In this document: positions 63,708-64,000 of the stretch, in pieces | How the letters are laid out: every line of letters begins with the position of its first letter | How positions within the stretch are numbered: the first letter of the stretch is position 1 | NCBI GenBank assembly: GCA_016213135.1 | Contig: JACRBQ010000028.1 | Span: 7,284-71,283 of the forward strand | DNA length: 64,000 bases | Reading direction: 5' to 3' | Origin: Chloroflexota bacterium | Lineage (GTDB): Bacteria > Chloroflexota > Anaerolineae > Anaerolineales > VGOW01 | The notes under the pieces: generated by a model | What the model saw: only the letters and a program-made list of their open reading frames with translations | Told to the model about the DNA's origin: nothing | Databases searched by the model: none | Program-made: the position numbers and the translations under genes

Positions 63708-64000
63708 CTACCGTCGAATACCCGTGATCTGCAACATGGCAAAGCCGTAAGCTAGCGGCAGCCACACGGTAAAGCCGCGATAGGCCAGGGTGATGACTAC
63801 GGCGGCCTCGATGGGCACCCTCAGGCTGGTGAGCGTGAGCACCATGGCGCCTTCGGCCACGCCGATGCCCAGCGGCGTGGGCGACACAATGGTGAAGAGA
63901 TACCCGAGGCTGAACACGGCGGTGATGGCGCCCACCGAAAACGGCTGGCCGAAGGCTAGGAACATGAGGAACAACAATGTAATGAGCAGGGCTTTGCTGC
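63708..64000 (-). CDS. lysylphosphatidylglycerol-synthase-TM-region (UPF0104, flippase-like) membrane protein, C-terminal part only
   Basis: SPTPLGIGVAEGAMVLTLTSLRVPIEAAVVITLAYRGFTVWLPL. The reading frame continues to the window end. Confidence 0.6.
   Translation of the reverse strand, partial: SKALLITLLFLMFLAFGQPFSVGAITAVFSLGYLFTIVSPTPLGIGVAEGAMVLTLTSLRVPIEAAVVITLAYRGFTVWLPLAYGFAMLQITGIRR

Noticed and set aside
1-64000. tRNA, rRNA or other classical RNA genes
   Set aside because: None of the intergenic gaps contained a tRNA-like T-arm/acceptor pattern or rRNA-like sequence that I could recognise by eye. tRNAscan-SE/Infernal would be needed to exclude small RNAs.

Overview
GC-rich bacterial chromosomal segment. 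Gene content and repeat style suggest a filamentous Chloroflexota-like organism, but that is inference only. I recognised no rRNA, tRNA or CRISPR array. Gene starts come from ORF-track arithmetic; repeat and motif coordinates were hand-indexed and may be off by about 1 nt.

Layout:
- 0.5-5.0 kb: one giant SARP/STAND/WD40 regulator.
- 5.2-24.5 kb: housekeeping genes. These are rplU-rpmA, an L31 fusion, tdk, hpt, cca, an inositol-lipid pair, lgt, an ABC pair, hsp20-lon, an orphan REC plus a PHP/AlbA_2 protein, mogA, a DUF433/DUF5615 pair and a GPH transporter.
- 26.2-30.5 kb: YfhO-like and GT39 membrane glycosyltransferases.
- 30.5-38.7 kb: visibly AT-richer accessory junkyard wedged between the convergent GT39 and arginase-family genes. 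It holds an ECF sigma factor, RelE/antitoxin, a decayed type III Res helicase, a frameshifted MNT/HEPN pair, a GGDEF cyclase with a GIY-YIG-like neighbour, an IS5-family IS and a TumE-like pair.
- 39.8-44.7 kb: acyl-CoA dehydrogenase, pyk, a NarL regulator and a PGDH-like gene.
- 44.8-54.7 kb: minus-strand polysaccharide cluster (3 GT2, DedA, a giant O-antigen-ligase/TPR protein, 3 GT4).
- 54.7-64.0 kb: udk, Uma2, an epimerase, then an ion-homeostasis block (RCK membrane protein, mgtE, trkA x2, APC-type permease).

Most unusual signals:
1. Dispersed families of 7-8 nt tandem arrays occur both between genes and in frame inside genes. They include a perfect (GGAGGTC)x19 array inside the polysaccharide operon, with its reverse complement in the mgtE leader.
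2. Several hairpin REP/MITE-like families are present, some inserted in frame into conserved enzymes.
3. Three insertion-duplication junctions occur, in which small cassettes are flanked by 77-228 bp imperfect direct copies of the target gene end.
4. A GGDEF plus GIY-YIG-like pair in the junkyard is a candidate novel module.
5. Unusual domain fusions: L31 with an RpoA-alphaCTD-like domain, SARP-STAND-WD40, and PHP-AlbA_2.
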